A stretch of DNA of 64,000 nt from Tricharina praecox (Eukaryota): the NCBI RefSeq assembly GCF_024521635.1, contig NW_026250406.1, forward strand, positions 868,001 through 932,000. The letters run 5' to 3'. Position numbers and translations under genes: made by a program. The notes beneath the pieces were generated by a model, which searched no databases, had not been told where the DNA came from, and saw only the letters and a program-made list of their open reading frames with translations. Below, piece after piece: positions 1-14,167 of the stretch (positions are counted from its first letter, which is position 1; each line of letters starts with the position of its first letter).

Positions 1-3000
1 GTACAAGTTCATACTCGCCGTGAGATCCGCAACCTTCGAAGCCTCGGCGTCCAGACGAATCTGCAGGTCGGCAAACTCGTTCAGCAGCTGGGAGCGACTG
101 ACTTTGTCCTGCTGTTGGGCGGCGAGGGCATCGTCGAGTTCAATCTGCGTCTCTCGTAGATCACTCTCCATGTTCAGTTTCGCCGACTTGAGTTTGTCGA
201 ACTGCTCTTTCGCCCAGGAGAGATCATTCAGCGCCTCATGGTGAACAGCCACAAGCGTCTTGCGCGCCTGGTCCTGCTGGTTGATGTAGTCATACAACTC
301 CTCATGGGTCTTGGCCTGGACCTCCTTCAACGACAATTCTATTGAGTTCATGGAAGCCTCCAGTGCCGAGTTCTTCTGCGTAGAATCGTCGAGCAGATCG
401 TGAAGACGGCTATTCTCCTTCTCTAGCTTGAACGCGCGGCGAGCAGAGTTGTCCTCTTCGAAGCGCACGGACTTCTCGGTTGCGCGATCGATCTGGGCTT
501 GAAGGTGTTTATTCCGCATCTCCGATAGCTGTAGCTGGTTCTGGACCTCTTCGAGTTCGCTCGCAAGGTCCATCCGCTTCTGGAACGCCATGGTGTCCAT
601 CGTGCGGTCGGACCCGGAAGAATCAAGGGTATCTTCGGCACCAGAAGTGAGGTTCCGTCTCGCAGGCGTAGAATGGTTAGAGAAGTCCTGTCGGAACGCA
701 GGCCGGAATTGCTTGGGCGAACCAACTGGGACGCCATTGATCTCCTCCAGCAGAGCCTTCTTCGAAGTGGTGTGCATGCTATCCATCTCCTGCAGTTCAT
801 CCTGATGACGTTTCCGCAGCTCGGCAAGCTCCTTCTCAGCCCGTGCACTCCTCTCGTTCGACACACGCAATGCCTGGTTCGTCTCCTCAAGCTTGGTAGC
901 TAGATCCACAGAGTGGGTGACACTACGGCGGCCAGATTCCCACGATGGCGGCTGCTGTCCCTCGGGATCAAACACCTTCTGAAGAACCAACAACTGATGA
1001 TGCGCCTCCTCGAGCTCGGCATTCGTAGCGGCAATAGTCTGCTGGAACTGTTTAGTATTCGCCTGAGCTTGCACCTTCAACTGGCGCTCCATCTCAAGGT
1101 TCCTGTTCAGCTCAGCAAGCTGTAGCTGCATCTGCGACGACGACTTCTCAGCAGTACGCGTAGTCTTGTGCTCACGCGACACCTCATGGTTAAGATCCTC
1201 GAGGTTAAGCGTAAGCTTCTCCTTCTGCTTTTCCAGCGCGCGGATCTGAACATGGGCATCCTCAAGCAGTTTACGGGTCTTATTGTTATCTTCGAGTGCC
1301 TTCGCCTTCTCAGTGGTCAGGGCAACAATCTTGTCGCGATATTGCTCGGCAGCCTTAGCATTGGCCTTGCTGATCTCGAGATTCTTCTGCTGGATCTTGT
1401 TCTGCAGCGCGCGATTGTCGTTCTCGGACGCGAGGAGCCGGTTCTTGATCTGCGTGGCATCCTGCTCCGTGCGTCGTCGCGAGTTCTCATAAGTCTGTCT
1501 GGCGGCGTCCTGCTCAGCGACGACACGATTCAGCCTCGTGTTTTCGGAGGCTAGCCTCTGCCGTTCGTTCTCGGCCTGGGAAAGCGCATCCTCCTTTGCT
1601 CTGAGGTCTTTGTCCATCCTGGCCTCCTTCTCCTTGACCTGGCGAGACATATTCCTCTCGATTTCGGCTTGCGCCTTGGCTCTCGCAATCTCGACCTCGG
1701 AGACGCGGTCGCGGAGAGTTTTGATCTCAATCTGCAGGTTCCTCTTATCCTTCTCGGACTGGGAGCGGGCCTCGAGCGCGCGACGAAGTGTGTCCTGTTG
1801 ACTGTACAGCTCCTTCTCCATCGTCTCCTTGGCCATACTGAGCGACTCCTTCTCGCGCTTGAGGCTGTTGTACTTGCTCTCATTATTCATGGCGATGTCT
1901 GCGCGATTCTTCCGCTCTTGGTTGAGTTCCGCTTGGACCGAGGCAAGCTCCGACTTGAGCTCTTTGATCTGCTGGTCGAGGAGACGACGGCCCTTGCCGG
2001 ACTCCATCTCCTCGTTAATCTTGCTCTCGAGGAGTCGATGCGCATCTGCCGCCTCCTTCTCGAGCCGCGATTTCTCAGACCTCAGCGACTCAATCTCCTG
2101 TTGAAGACCACGCAGCCGACTAAAGACCTCATCGTGTTTCTCCGTCAACTTCCGGCGCTCATCCTCGAGAACCGTCCGCTCCACATCCATCTTCTTGAGA
2201 TCGGCGTGCAGCAACGAAAGCTCACTCTCCTTTCTGCGCACCAGATCTTCATAACTCGTCGACGTCGCCGACAACTCCGAGAGCTGATCGCGCAGATGGC
2301 GGTTTTCATCCACGAGCTCGCGCAACTGCCCTTGAGTTTCCCGCAGATCTCGATCGTTTTGCGCGAGGTGCTCATCGAGCATCTGATCGGATTTGATCAG
2401 TGCCTCCTCGAGCTCATTGACCTTTTTCTCGCGCAGCCCAAGACGGCTGTGCAGGAGATCAATCTCCTCCTCGAGTTTCTCCTCCGCATCGGTGCGCTGC
2501 GAGCGAGCCCTCTCGGCAGCCGCAAGCTCCTGCTCAATCCTCTCAATTGACGACGCAAGTTCCCGTTTCTCCTCTTCGAGCCTCGTGATAAGCTCACCCG
2601 CCTGCTCCAGCTCCTTCCTCCACAGCTCCGCCTGTTCTTCCGTCTTCCTCTTGGCCAGCATGAGCTCATCAATCTGGTCTTCAAGCGCATCCTGGTCGTC
2701 GAGCGCACCAGCGAGCTTCTCCGTCAGATCCGCCTCTCGCTGCTGCAGTCTGATAAAAATCTCCTCCTTATCTAAGGCCAGCGCACGTTCACTCTCAAGC
2801 GTCTTCTGCACGCGCTGCAACTCAGAGTCAGCCTTCCGCCGCTCCTCCTCAAGCTTCTGTTTGCTCTCGGCCTCAGACTTCATCTGTGCCTCCAGCTTCT
2901 GGATGATCTCGTCGCGTTTCTTGACCTGGCCCGAGGACTGCGTTGTTCCCAATAGTGGCTTCATGCGCATGAAGAGCTTCCACCAGGGGCTCTCGGTGAG

Positions 3001-5928
3001 ATCCAGGTACACCTGCAGATTCCGCTGGATGATCAGACTGGCCTCGGATCGGTAGAGCAACTTCTTAACAACTCTTCTCTGGAGGTAGCCTCTGATATGG
3101 CTCTGGAACCGCATGACGATTTCACGGACCAACGCATCTCTCTGCTCTTCGAGCTCGGCGAGGACACCGGCACGGAAGAAGACCTTCGTAAGGCCGACAC
3201 GGTACAGCGCCTTGTCCAGACCAATATGCTCCAGCAGCAGCCGGCAGGCCTTTTGTCCTTCCAGATACCCCTTAGGCATCTTATTGGACAGTACCTCATA
3301 CCGCTGTCTGAACTCCGCAAATGGCAGACGATTGGGGAAGCCAGTGCGCGCTATACGGATACCTTCGAGCACACCGTTGCATCGTAGCTGGTCCAGGACT
3401 AGGGGTGGGTGTAGGCGTTTCGGGCGCTTTTGGTGGTTCGGGATGATGCAACGGACGAAGTGGGGATGCGTCGAGTTGAGCTGCGTCATCAGGCTCGAGA
3501 GCTGCTCTTTGTGTCGCTGTGCTACAGTGCGGAAGAGACCCTTCTTGACTCGGCTCTTTGGCGCACCCATGTGCTCGCCCGCATCCTCGGAGTAGTCCCC
3601 GAACAGCGAGGCAATGTACGTATCGTGCGACGCGGCGAGGAGCCGAGTGATATTGTCGTTGAGCGGGTCTTTATTCTTTTCCAGCCATCCTTCAGTGCTG
3701 TACTCGACCTCGGCAGCATAATGCGTGAGCATGAACCCTTGGTTGAGAAGCGATCGCTTATATTTCGTTGTTTTATTATCCCAGAGTGAATGTAACTTCT
3801 CAGTGAATGACTTGTCGGTAGCTTTCGGCATGACACAGTCCTCGTCGAGACAAGAGAAGATACCGATTGGATTCGGCAGTTCGATCAGGTCAATGGTAGG
3901 TTGCAGATCGTGGCCGAAATCGATGAATTTCCACTCGATCCGCTCGCGAGCATACTCTTCTTGCTCGAGGACGAACATGTGGTGGTTGAAGAACTGCTGT
4001 AGCTTCTCATTAGTGTAATTGATGCACAGCTGCTCAAAACTGTTTTGCTGTGATTCAAATCGGCATTAGCAATGTACCTCATTAGCTGGGTACAGTGAAC
4101 TCACCTCGAAGATCTCAAAACCAGCAATATCCAAGACACCGATGAATCCTTCACCCTCGCCCTTGGTGTCGAGTTTCCCATTGACCATCTCCACGAGCCT
4201 TCCAAAGCCACGCTCATAGAGACTCTTCGCCAGCGAATCCAAGGAGTGCTTGACCTGCTCGGCCGTCCGCGACTGATTGACCCACTCCCTGCCGGCCTTA
4301 ACTCTCGGCTTCAACAGGCCCTTCGCAAACGCATCGACCGGAATCCCGAGCACATGGCAAACCCTCTCCGCCTGGGCCATATCCGGCAATCTCGCATCCT
4401 CGCTCCCCCGACGCTCCGGCACAACATCCAGATTTCCAATATGCAGCACCGCAGCAATGATCCTCAATATCGCAATCTGCTCGTCCGGTGTGAACCCCAT
4501 CACTCGGAACGCCTCCATGAGCGCTTTGAACTCGTCGTGGTCATTGACACCGGCGATGGCATTGTTGCTATTCTTGGTATAATCCCAACTCTCCGTTCCG
4601 CCCTCGCCAAGTAGGAACATCTCCCGCATCTGACGACTCGCGCCGCGCAGCAGCTGATAGAAGATATGGTAATTCCGCTCGTCCCTATTTTGGCGGACGA
4701 CTCTGCTCTTTTCCAGGAGATACCAGTCGATGAAAGCGCCGGCGATCTGCCCCGTCCTTGTGAACTCGATCCGAATGAACTTTCCGAAGCGCGACGAGTT
4801 GTTATTCCGCATGGTCTGTGCATTGCCGAAGGCTTCAAGGATCGGATTGGCCTGCAGGATTTGGTTCTCGAGCGTGCCCAGTTGTTTTGAGCTGCTGTTG
4901 TCGATTGCTACCGCTGCGAGGTATTGGATGACCTTCTTTGTGTTCTCGGTCTTTCCCGCACCGGACTCTCCACTATCCCCCACTTCATCAGCAATCTCCC
5001 CCAATCACCCAATCACCCAATCACTCATATCCCCAGGACCACATACGTCACAAGAATACTTTGATTCTCCTTCTCATCGAGCATGTTCCGGAACGCCAAA
5101 TCTGTAACGGCAAAGATATGCGGCTTTGTGTCCTCTCGCAGGCGGTTCTTATACATTGCAATGTACTCATTATTGTAAATCGACAGCTGGCAATACGGGT
5201 TCACGGCGACCAAGAACAATCCGGAGTACGTGTAGATCAGATCCCCCTCGTAGCGGACGTGCAGATTGTGGACCACCGACGCTTCGTTCAAATGCGTCAG
5301 CTCCGCCATATCATCCGCCTTGTCGAATTTCGCCGGATTGACTTTGTCCACGTTGTCTTGATGGAGTATGCGTTCCTAGGCACGTTAACATCTCCCCCCT
5401 CCGAGAGCGTCCGTGGGAGCGGGGAATACGTACCGACCCGTTCTCGCACCGCACTGTCAACATCCCGTCCTGATCGTCCAACACCTCGCCCTTGACAAAC
5501 GCCTTCTCGGGGTCCTTAACCCAGACCCAGCGTCTCCCGGAGAAATCGCTGTTCTCGCCGGCAATGCCTTCACCGCCGGCCGCGCCTCCTCCTACTCCTC
5601 CACTTGTCGCACCCACATCTCGCCGCGACGACGCAACATCCTTATCCTTGATGAACTGCGGCGCGAAGGTGCCCTTGACCCCCGACGATGTGCGGACATG
5701 TCTCTGCTGCTGCTGCTGCAGCGGTGGCGGCGAAGAGAAGTTCTGTGATAGCGAGGAGACCGAGAGGCGGTGCGAGGATGGCGAGGAGGAGGAGGAGGCG
5801 GTGGGAATGGTAGGTTGTAGCGGCGGCGATGGCGGTGTGTTCGTGTTGTTGTTCGACGGTTTCCGGAGACTGCCTGAGTTGGGACGCCGCTGCTGCCAGG
5901 GGAGGGTGCGGCGGGGGGGTGTAGACAT
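1..5928 (-). CDS. Type II myosin heavy chain (MyoB/Myo2-like), 3' end truncated by the window edge; exons 5928-5434, 5375-5047, 4972-4105, 4047-<1
   Basis: Motor motifs GESGAGKT (P-loop), NNNSSRFGKF, DIAGFE, NSFEQLCINYTNEKLQQFFNHHMF; N-terminal SH3-like WVWVKDPEKAFVKG; long E/K/L-rich coiled-coil tail; three GT-AG introns restore the frame. Confidence 0.96.
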
Positions 5929-6613
5929 TGCTGATACTGTCTACCGTACCGTACCTATCCGTGTAGCAAAAAAAAAAGAAGAGCCGTTATGAAGAAAGAT
6001 GGAGGGAAGAGCATGCGGTGGAAGGTAGAGAGGTTGCTGTGAGTTCCGGTTCCTGTCCTGGCCCTGTGGGTCGTCCGACTTCCTGCAGTAAGCTACACGC
6101 GAGCATGGATTCACAACACCACCACCATCGACCACTTATCCGCCGGCGCCAACTATGTAATGTAAACAAACAAACAGCACTCATCCTAGCAACCGAAGCA
6201 GCCACATTCCTGCGTCCAAGCTCAGCTCGCCTCGAAGCTTTGTGTATGGAGCAGAGTAAGTGCCAAGATGGTCGGTAGGGAGTTTTACTCCTCGTCTCAT
6301 CTGTGGTTGGAATTGAGGTCAATGGATAGCTTATGATCAATTGGGTAGGGTAGCGTCAACCAATCCGAAGCTGTTGGTTCTCAACGGTCGCGACACTTCG
6401 GACCGCGCAGCGGCACAGCAGGCTTCACCACAGCGATTCAAGACAGTCCAACCCAACCACCTCCACATATCCGCATTATTACAATCATAGGTAATCTATT
6501 CTATCATTACAAACCGTTACGGTTCTCTTTCCCATCACCATCAAAAAGAAAAAATACATCATTATCCCCATCCCATCCCATCCCGCGTTCATGTAACCAT
6601 TATTCCTCCCAGC

Positions 6614-8109
6614 CTAAACCATAAACTCCGCAAAAATATACGGAAAGATAACCACGCACGCCTTCCAAAACACGAGGATACTATTCAAGAAAGCGACCGG
6701 CCAGCCAATGAGCGGGGTGACGCTCTTGAACATGCAAAAGATACTGTACAGCGCGACGGCAAAGAAGTGGTAGAAGAGCACAAACGGGCGTTTCGTGATT
6801 CCCGCGAGAAGGCCGACGGGCCCGTCGATGCAGTTCCCGCCGAGCTGAAAGTACTTGAAGCAGCCGCGCTGGAGAACTCGCAGCCGCGAGTCGTTGGCGG
6901 CGAAGAGGGAGTAGAGAGCTTGCGCGAGGATGTTGACGACACCGCTGAGCGCTTTGCGGTCCCAGTGGAAGGCGCGCATTTGTTCGAGGACGAGGTCGGT
7001 GTTGGTCAGGTCGGGGACGACCGAGGGCGCAAGGAGCTGCGAGAGGAGGACGACGTCATTGAAGGCGACGGTCATGCCGCCGCCCGTCAGGGGATGTCGC
7101 ATGTTCATGGCGTCGCCGAGGAGGATCATTCCGTGTGTGTTGTTTGGTGCCGCTGGGAGGAAGCTGTTCGGCATGCTGGGGAGGCGGTCGACTTCGACGG
7201 CTTTCCGGAAGGAGGCCTGGATCTGTTTTGGGAGGTCGGGGGCGACGACCTCTAGGAGGTAGGATTTCAGGGAACCCGATGGCGGGAGAGATTGCATGTC
7301 GACCAGTGCGCGAGTCTCGTGGGTGCCGATCTGGTAGAGGAGGACAGGTGGGTTGTCGCCCATTATCACATGCCCGTGGTTGGGATTGGGAAGGACGACA
7401 TCGATCAGTTGCAGCCCGACGAAGGTACTGCGGACTTCTGGTTTCCGCAGGTTGCAGCGCTTGCGGAAGTTGGAGGCGTAGCCGTCGGCGGAGACGGTAA
7501 GGGAGGCAAGATAGGTCTCGTTCGTCGTTGAGCCCTTCGGTTTGGCGACCACTCCGAGAACCTGTCCTGTTGCCTCATCGCGGAGAACATCTTTGGCGGT
7601 GGCCTCAACCATCGTGACACTATCCACCCCACTCTGTTAGCTACATCCACGGCGGGGGTGGGGTGGTGAAGGGGATGAGAGTAGTCGTACTTAGGAGCTG
7701 CCCTCGCCGCCGCCCTCAACTTCTGAATAAACTTTCCATGGTGAAAACTCCTGCCTTCCGGTCTCTTCCCATTGCTCTGTCTCGGGTAAGAAATCGTCAC
7801 CGGCTCGCCATGGTAGATACATTGGTAGCCGTAGACGGGAATGGCATCGATGCCCTCGAGACAGTCTATCCCGCGTCAGCCTCATGCCGCCCATCAACAC
7901 TTCAGCGGATCAATCCCACCTCTCAGTCCCAGCTTCTCCAGGGCCTCTACACCCCCGGGCTGCAGCAGCTCTCCCACGATACGATCCGGCTCCGAGAGGT
8001 CGCGTTCAAGCACGAGGACCCTCCGTCCCTGCTTTCCGAAAGCCGAAGCGAGCGCGCACCCGATGATGCCCGCGCCGACAATCGCAACGTCGTATTTGTG
8101 ATCAGCCAT
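6614..8109 (-). CDS. ERG1: Squalene epoxidase (squalene monooxygenase); exons 8109-7920, 7865-7691, 7619-6614
   Basis: GAGIIG FAD-binding motif, DRIVGELLQPGG, GDAMNMRHPLTGGGMTV, hydrophobic C-terminal helices; two canonical introns. Confidence 0.96.
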
Positions 8110-8223
8110 TGAGTCCTATTTCGTTTCTTTCGTTCTTTCGTTTGGTAGTAGTATTAAGGTGTAGTCAAGTCAAGTCAAGTCAAGTCGGGGAGAAGCCGCA
8201 GTTTTTAAAGAGGAGGAATAAAC

Positions 8224-8459
8224 ATAAGGTGATGTCTGGCGAATTTGTTCCGGTTCTGGCGCGAGGTGGACCGTGGAAGTCTGGACGACTTTCTAGTTCA
8301 GGGGTGCTGCTTCGAGCGATGCTTGTCTAGAGTAATGCATGTGAAAGGAAGAAACCACCCGCAACGCCCTACCTGGTGCTAGCTCAGGTACGTCTCTTGC
8401 AGGCGAGCGGTGGGAATAGTCGCCTGATGTGAACGAGAACGCACGATTTATGAGGTGAT
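8224..8459 (-). promoter_or_regulatory. Two sterol-regulatory-element-like 10-mers upstream of ERG1 (ATCACCTTAT 8224-8233; ATCACCTCAT 8450-8459, read on the minus strand)
   Basis: Close match to the SREBP-type element ATCACCCCA(C/T), about 115 and 340 bp upstream of a sterol biosynthesis gene. Confidence 0.4.
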
Positions 8460-8777
8460 TAACGTCTACTGCCTGGCAAAGAAAAGGGGTTCATCCGCGA
8501 TTGAATATATTTCTTCGTGTAGTGGCTATTCCCCGGGTCGAAAAGAGAGAGAGAGAGATGGTCTCGATGAGGGCGCGTCATCATTGTTTCGGAACATCGC
8601 GTTGGTCAGTTCCGGATTAGAGCCCGACTCTTCACATGCGAATCACGCGCTCACGCGGCTTTGCAGATTCCGGAACACATGTTGATATTGAAATTTCTCT
8701 TGGACGAATATTCACTATGATTACAAAGAATTTTCAAAAACGAATCCCTGACTGACACTCAATCCGAGTCTATCTAT

Positions 8778-10639
<1,862 letters not shown>

Positions 10640-11369
10640 TGTGGTGTTTCTGTCTGGTTTGGGAGTGTGTTCTGAGTGTGGGGATTCAGTCGATTATATG
10701 GGCTAGGTGACAATGCCGAGAAGGCGGCATGTGGGGAGGGGGACGAGGGGAGGGTTGGCCGCAGTAGTGGTATCATAGGGCTTTGCGTGTGAGCGATCTA
10801 AGAAGCCCGGAATTAGTTACCAATTTTTTTCTCTTCCGGGCGCGGGGGAAGCCGTTGCTTGATCTTTAAGTGGAGGGGCAAGTTTCGATGCACGCCTTCG
10901 CTACCAGATGTCTGTGCGCCTCTGCATAGAATTGCTGCACATAGCACGTTATCCATCCCCAGCAAATCGCCATCGACGGAATGATGGGAGGGAATTCGTG
11001 ACGACGAAGAGGCGCAAAAACGTTGTCTGGAGCCGGGGTTGTCAATCGGATTCATACATCCCATACATCCGCCCGAAATAAAAGCCGACAAGAGGTCGAG
11101 CAGATAAAAGAAGGCCAAGGAATTGGTCCTGATCGATCGGGAGCCGGACAATGGAGGCTGATCATTCAATCGCACTCGGCGCCGGCATATCCCGCGTGCG
11201 ATCTTGGCATTCACGTCTCCCCGCCGAACGCGTAGCGTTGCTTGTCGACTCACACCGTCAAACAGCTCCCTCTAATGACAACGACAGCGACAACGACAAG
11301 AAGCAGGATCACGACGATTACCACCCGATCAGAAATAGCATCAATACCGCCACCGGCGTTTGATGGACA

Positions 11370-13501
11370 ATGAGCTATGATCACACCCAGCTTACCCACT
11401 CGTCGCAGACAGCTCCGATCCAGGAGTACCGCGTCATGTGGACTGCGGTAAACTCTCTTCTACTTACCCCGCTCCTTCATCACCAGATTGCAAACTGACA
11501 CTCACTGATATGTACAGCAAAAAAAGCAAAAGCTGAAGAAATGGCACGACGGTACTCCCTCCCAACCCACCTCGTCCCACCCACCCCTAATCTTACGCTA
11601 TCGCTGTAGGGACCCTCCGATTCCACACGTTCAACAACCGGATGCTCCTATACGACGAAGCCCGCTCACTCATAACCGACAAGTACCTCAAACCAGGCAT
11701 CCGCATCGATGAGGGCGACGAACTCGAGTTCGAGCAGCACCTGGTTACCGTGGAGGAGTTTCTGCAGACGGTCATACAGGATCTTGCACCGGTATTTGCG
11801 CCGGCGATGCAGAGGGCGCGGGAGAGAGCTTCCACAGCTATCCGTAATGGCATGAGTCCGGCGAGGACGCCAGCGCATGGAACGGGTCATCAGGTACACA
11901 CGCCCATGTCCCGTGGCGCTGCACCAACACCCAATATACCAGCGTTTGAAGGGCCGCAGCAGTATATGCAAACTCCGATACGGCAGCAACAAAGGCCGCA
12001 GACCCCACAGACTCGTACACATCAGATGCCGCAGACTCCTCAGACCCGGCCGCGGATGGATACGGGGCCCCATCCGCAACAACGGCGGCCAGTACAATCT
12101 CCTGCTGTAACCCCTGCGCCGGCCCTTCGAATCTCGGCACCTCTACCTCCGCCGAATTTACCACCTCAACGACAGTACTCTGGGCCTCCTATTCGGAATC
12201 AACCTCCTCCTCGTCCACCCCAGGCGCCGGTATCACGTCTTCCTTCACCTCCTCCACCGCCGGTGTACAGACCTGGGGTACAGGTACGGGCCAGTCCTGA
12301 AATCGAGTCTCCTCCACGCCCACAATTCTCGCCGGCACGACCCCGCCAACTACCTGCGCAACCACCACAATCTAGGCAACTACCCCCACGGTCTAGACCA
12401 CCACCATATCAGGAAGCACAATTCCAATCAGCTACACCCCTGCAAGAGCAGCAGTGCTCTCCACCACTCTTCAAACCGCCCCCTCCAGGTCTTCAAGGAG
12501 CGCCACAACGGCGTTCACCCCAAGCACTGCGTCAACAACCGCCAGAACCCCCACCACCACCATCTCCTCCTCCATTACAGTTTACCGGTCTATCACCTCC
12601 CACACACAAACGATCTGCACCTGCACCTCCGCAGGCTCCGCTCGTACAGCCCCCGGACCAGTACCAATCCACGAATCCGCCTCTTCAGGCAGATGGAGTC
12701 CCAGAGCCCAGGAAATCTGACACTCCAGAACCCGGGATTCTGCGACTGTCCGATCCGCACAAGAAAAGGAGAAAAATGCTTGCGCCGCCCCCGCCACGAG
12801 CCACGCCGCCACAGCAGCAGAAAGAGATGCAGAAAGGGGCCCAGTGGCCATCATCATCCAAGCCTCAACCGCAACCGCAGCCGTGGAAACAACGGCCTCT
12901 GCCGCCGGCCCGGCCACAGCCGGAGCCGGAGCTACAACCTCGGGAACAAGAACAGCCACCACTAGGCATGCAAGCACCCCAGCCACAGCCACAACTGCAC
13001 AAGCAGCAGCAGAAGCAGAAACAACCGCCGAAACAAAAACCTCGGGCGAAGCCACCATCGCTGCCGCCGTTGCCGGACTCGCCACCACCAGCCCAGCCCC
13101 AGCGTTCACCAATATCAATAGACATAGACTCACCACCACCAGCCCAGCCCATACCCCAGCCCAACCCAAAACCAAAACCAAAGCCGCAGCGCAAGCCACC
13201 AACCCATTCAGAACCACCGCCCAAACGTGCGCGAGCCACTGCCACCACAGCCACCGCGGCAGCTATCGACTCGGACTCGGACTCGGATCCGTTCTGTCCC
13301 ATAGCCACTCCCGTCGTAAAGGCTAAGGCGAGAAAACAGCCGGAACAGCCGGAACAGCCGGTGCAAGCCGACGGCCGCCCAGCGGAAGAAAGGGAAGAAC
13401 GGAAAACCCTAGCACAGCTCCAGGCTGAGAGGAAAGACTATGGTGATACCGGTGCGTGGTCGAGGGAGGCGAGGGATCTTTTTGAGTGGAAGCCGTGGTG
13501 A
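11370..13501 (+). CDS. DUF2439 / ZGRF1-N-terminal-like protein (Mte1/Dbl2-like) with a long Pro/Gln-rich disordered region; exons 11370-11447, 11518-11551, 11610-13501
   Basis: Spliced N-terminus reads EYRVMWTAQKKQKLKKWHDGTLRFHTFNNRMLLYDE...GDELEFEQHLVTVEE, matching the remembered DUF2439 pattern; C-terminal GAWSREARDLFEWKP is typical of the filamentous-fungal members. Confidence 0.8.
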
Positions 13502-14167
13502 TGGTGATGTGGTGGTTATTGTGCTTGGAACTTGGGTTTTGGGTTCTGGGCGGCAATTTTCGATTTGCGATTTGCGATGCATTGGATGGCGTTACATGAT
13601 TTGCTTGATTTGCTTGCGTTTGCTTGGTTTGCTTTGATTTGCTGTGCGTTTGGCCCAGCGTCATCTGAGTCTGAGTACCTGCCGTATATCAAGACGGGAT
13701 TGGGGGTGATGGCGGGATGGGGGGATAGCTACTGGTTTTTTACCAACTTTACCAACCGCTTCCCTTCCATGTACGTCCGCTCCCGCCCCCTTCCGCCCCC
13801 TTCCGCCCGCGAGACGAGATCGACAGATCTACGTTCTGGGCAAATAAGGTTCTCACTATATGTTTCACTTTCTTGACTTCGGAGAGTTGGGGCCCGCCTG
13901 GAAATGGATCATACGTATTTTGAAGAATTACATTGATACAAGAACCAGAATACCTACCTCCTACCTACCTACGTAGTAAACACAACCTCGCCGAACCGAG
14001 CGCAGAGAACTCCTCCGTGCAACGAAAAAAAACCCTCCAAATATGAAAATGAACAGCCTACGAAGAGAAATGCAGCCCAGCCATAGGATAAAACAATAAA
14101 AGATAACCGCTAAAAAAACGCTTGTCTTGCCTACAAAACTTATATAATACACCGTTTCTCCCTCAGA

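Noticed and set aside
20..5992. Many plus-strand and alternative-frame ORFs (e.g. 1669-2550, 2393-3055)
   Set aside because: Antisense shadows of the GC-rich myosin coding sequence.
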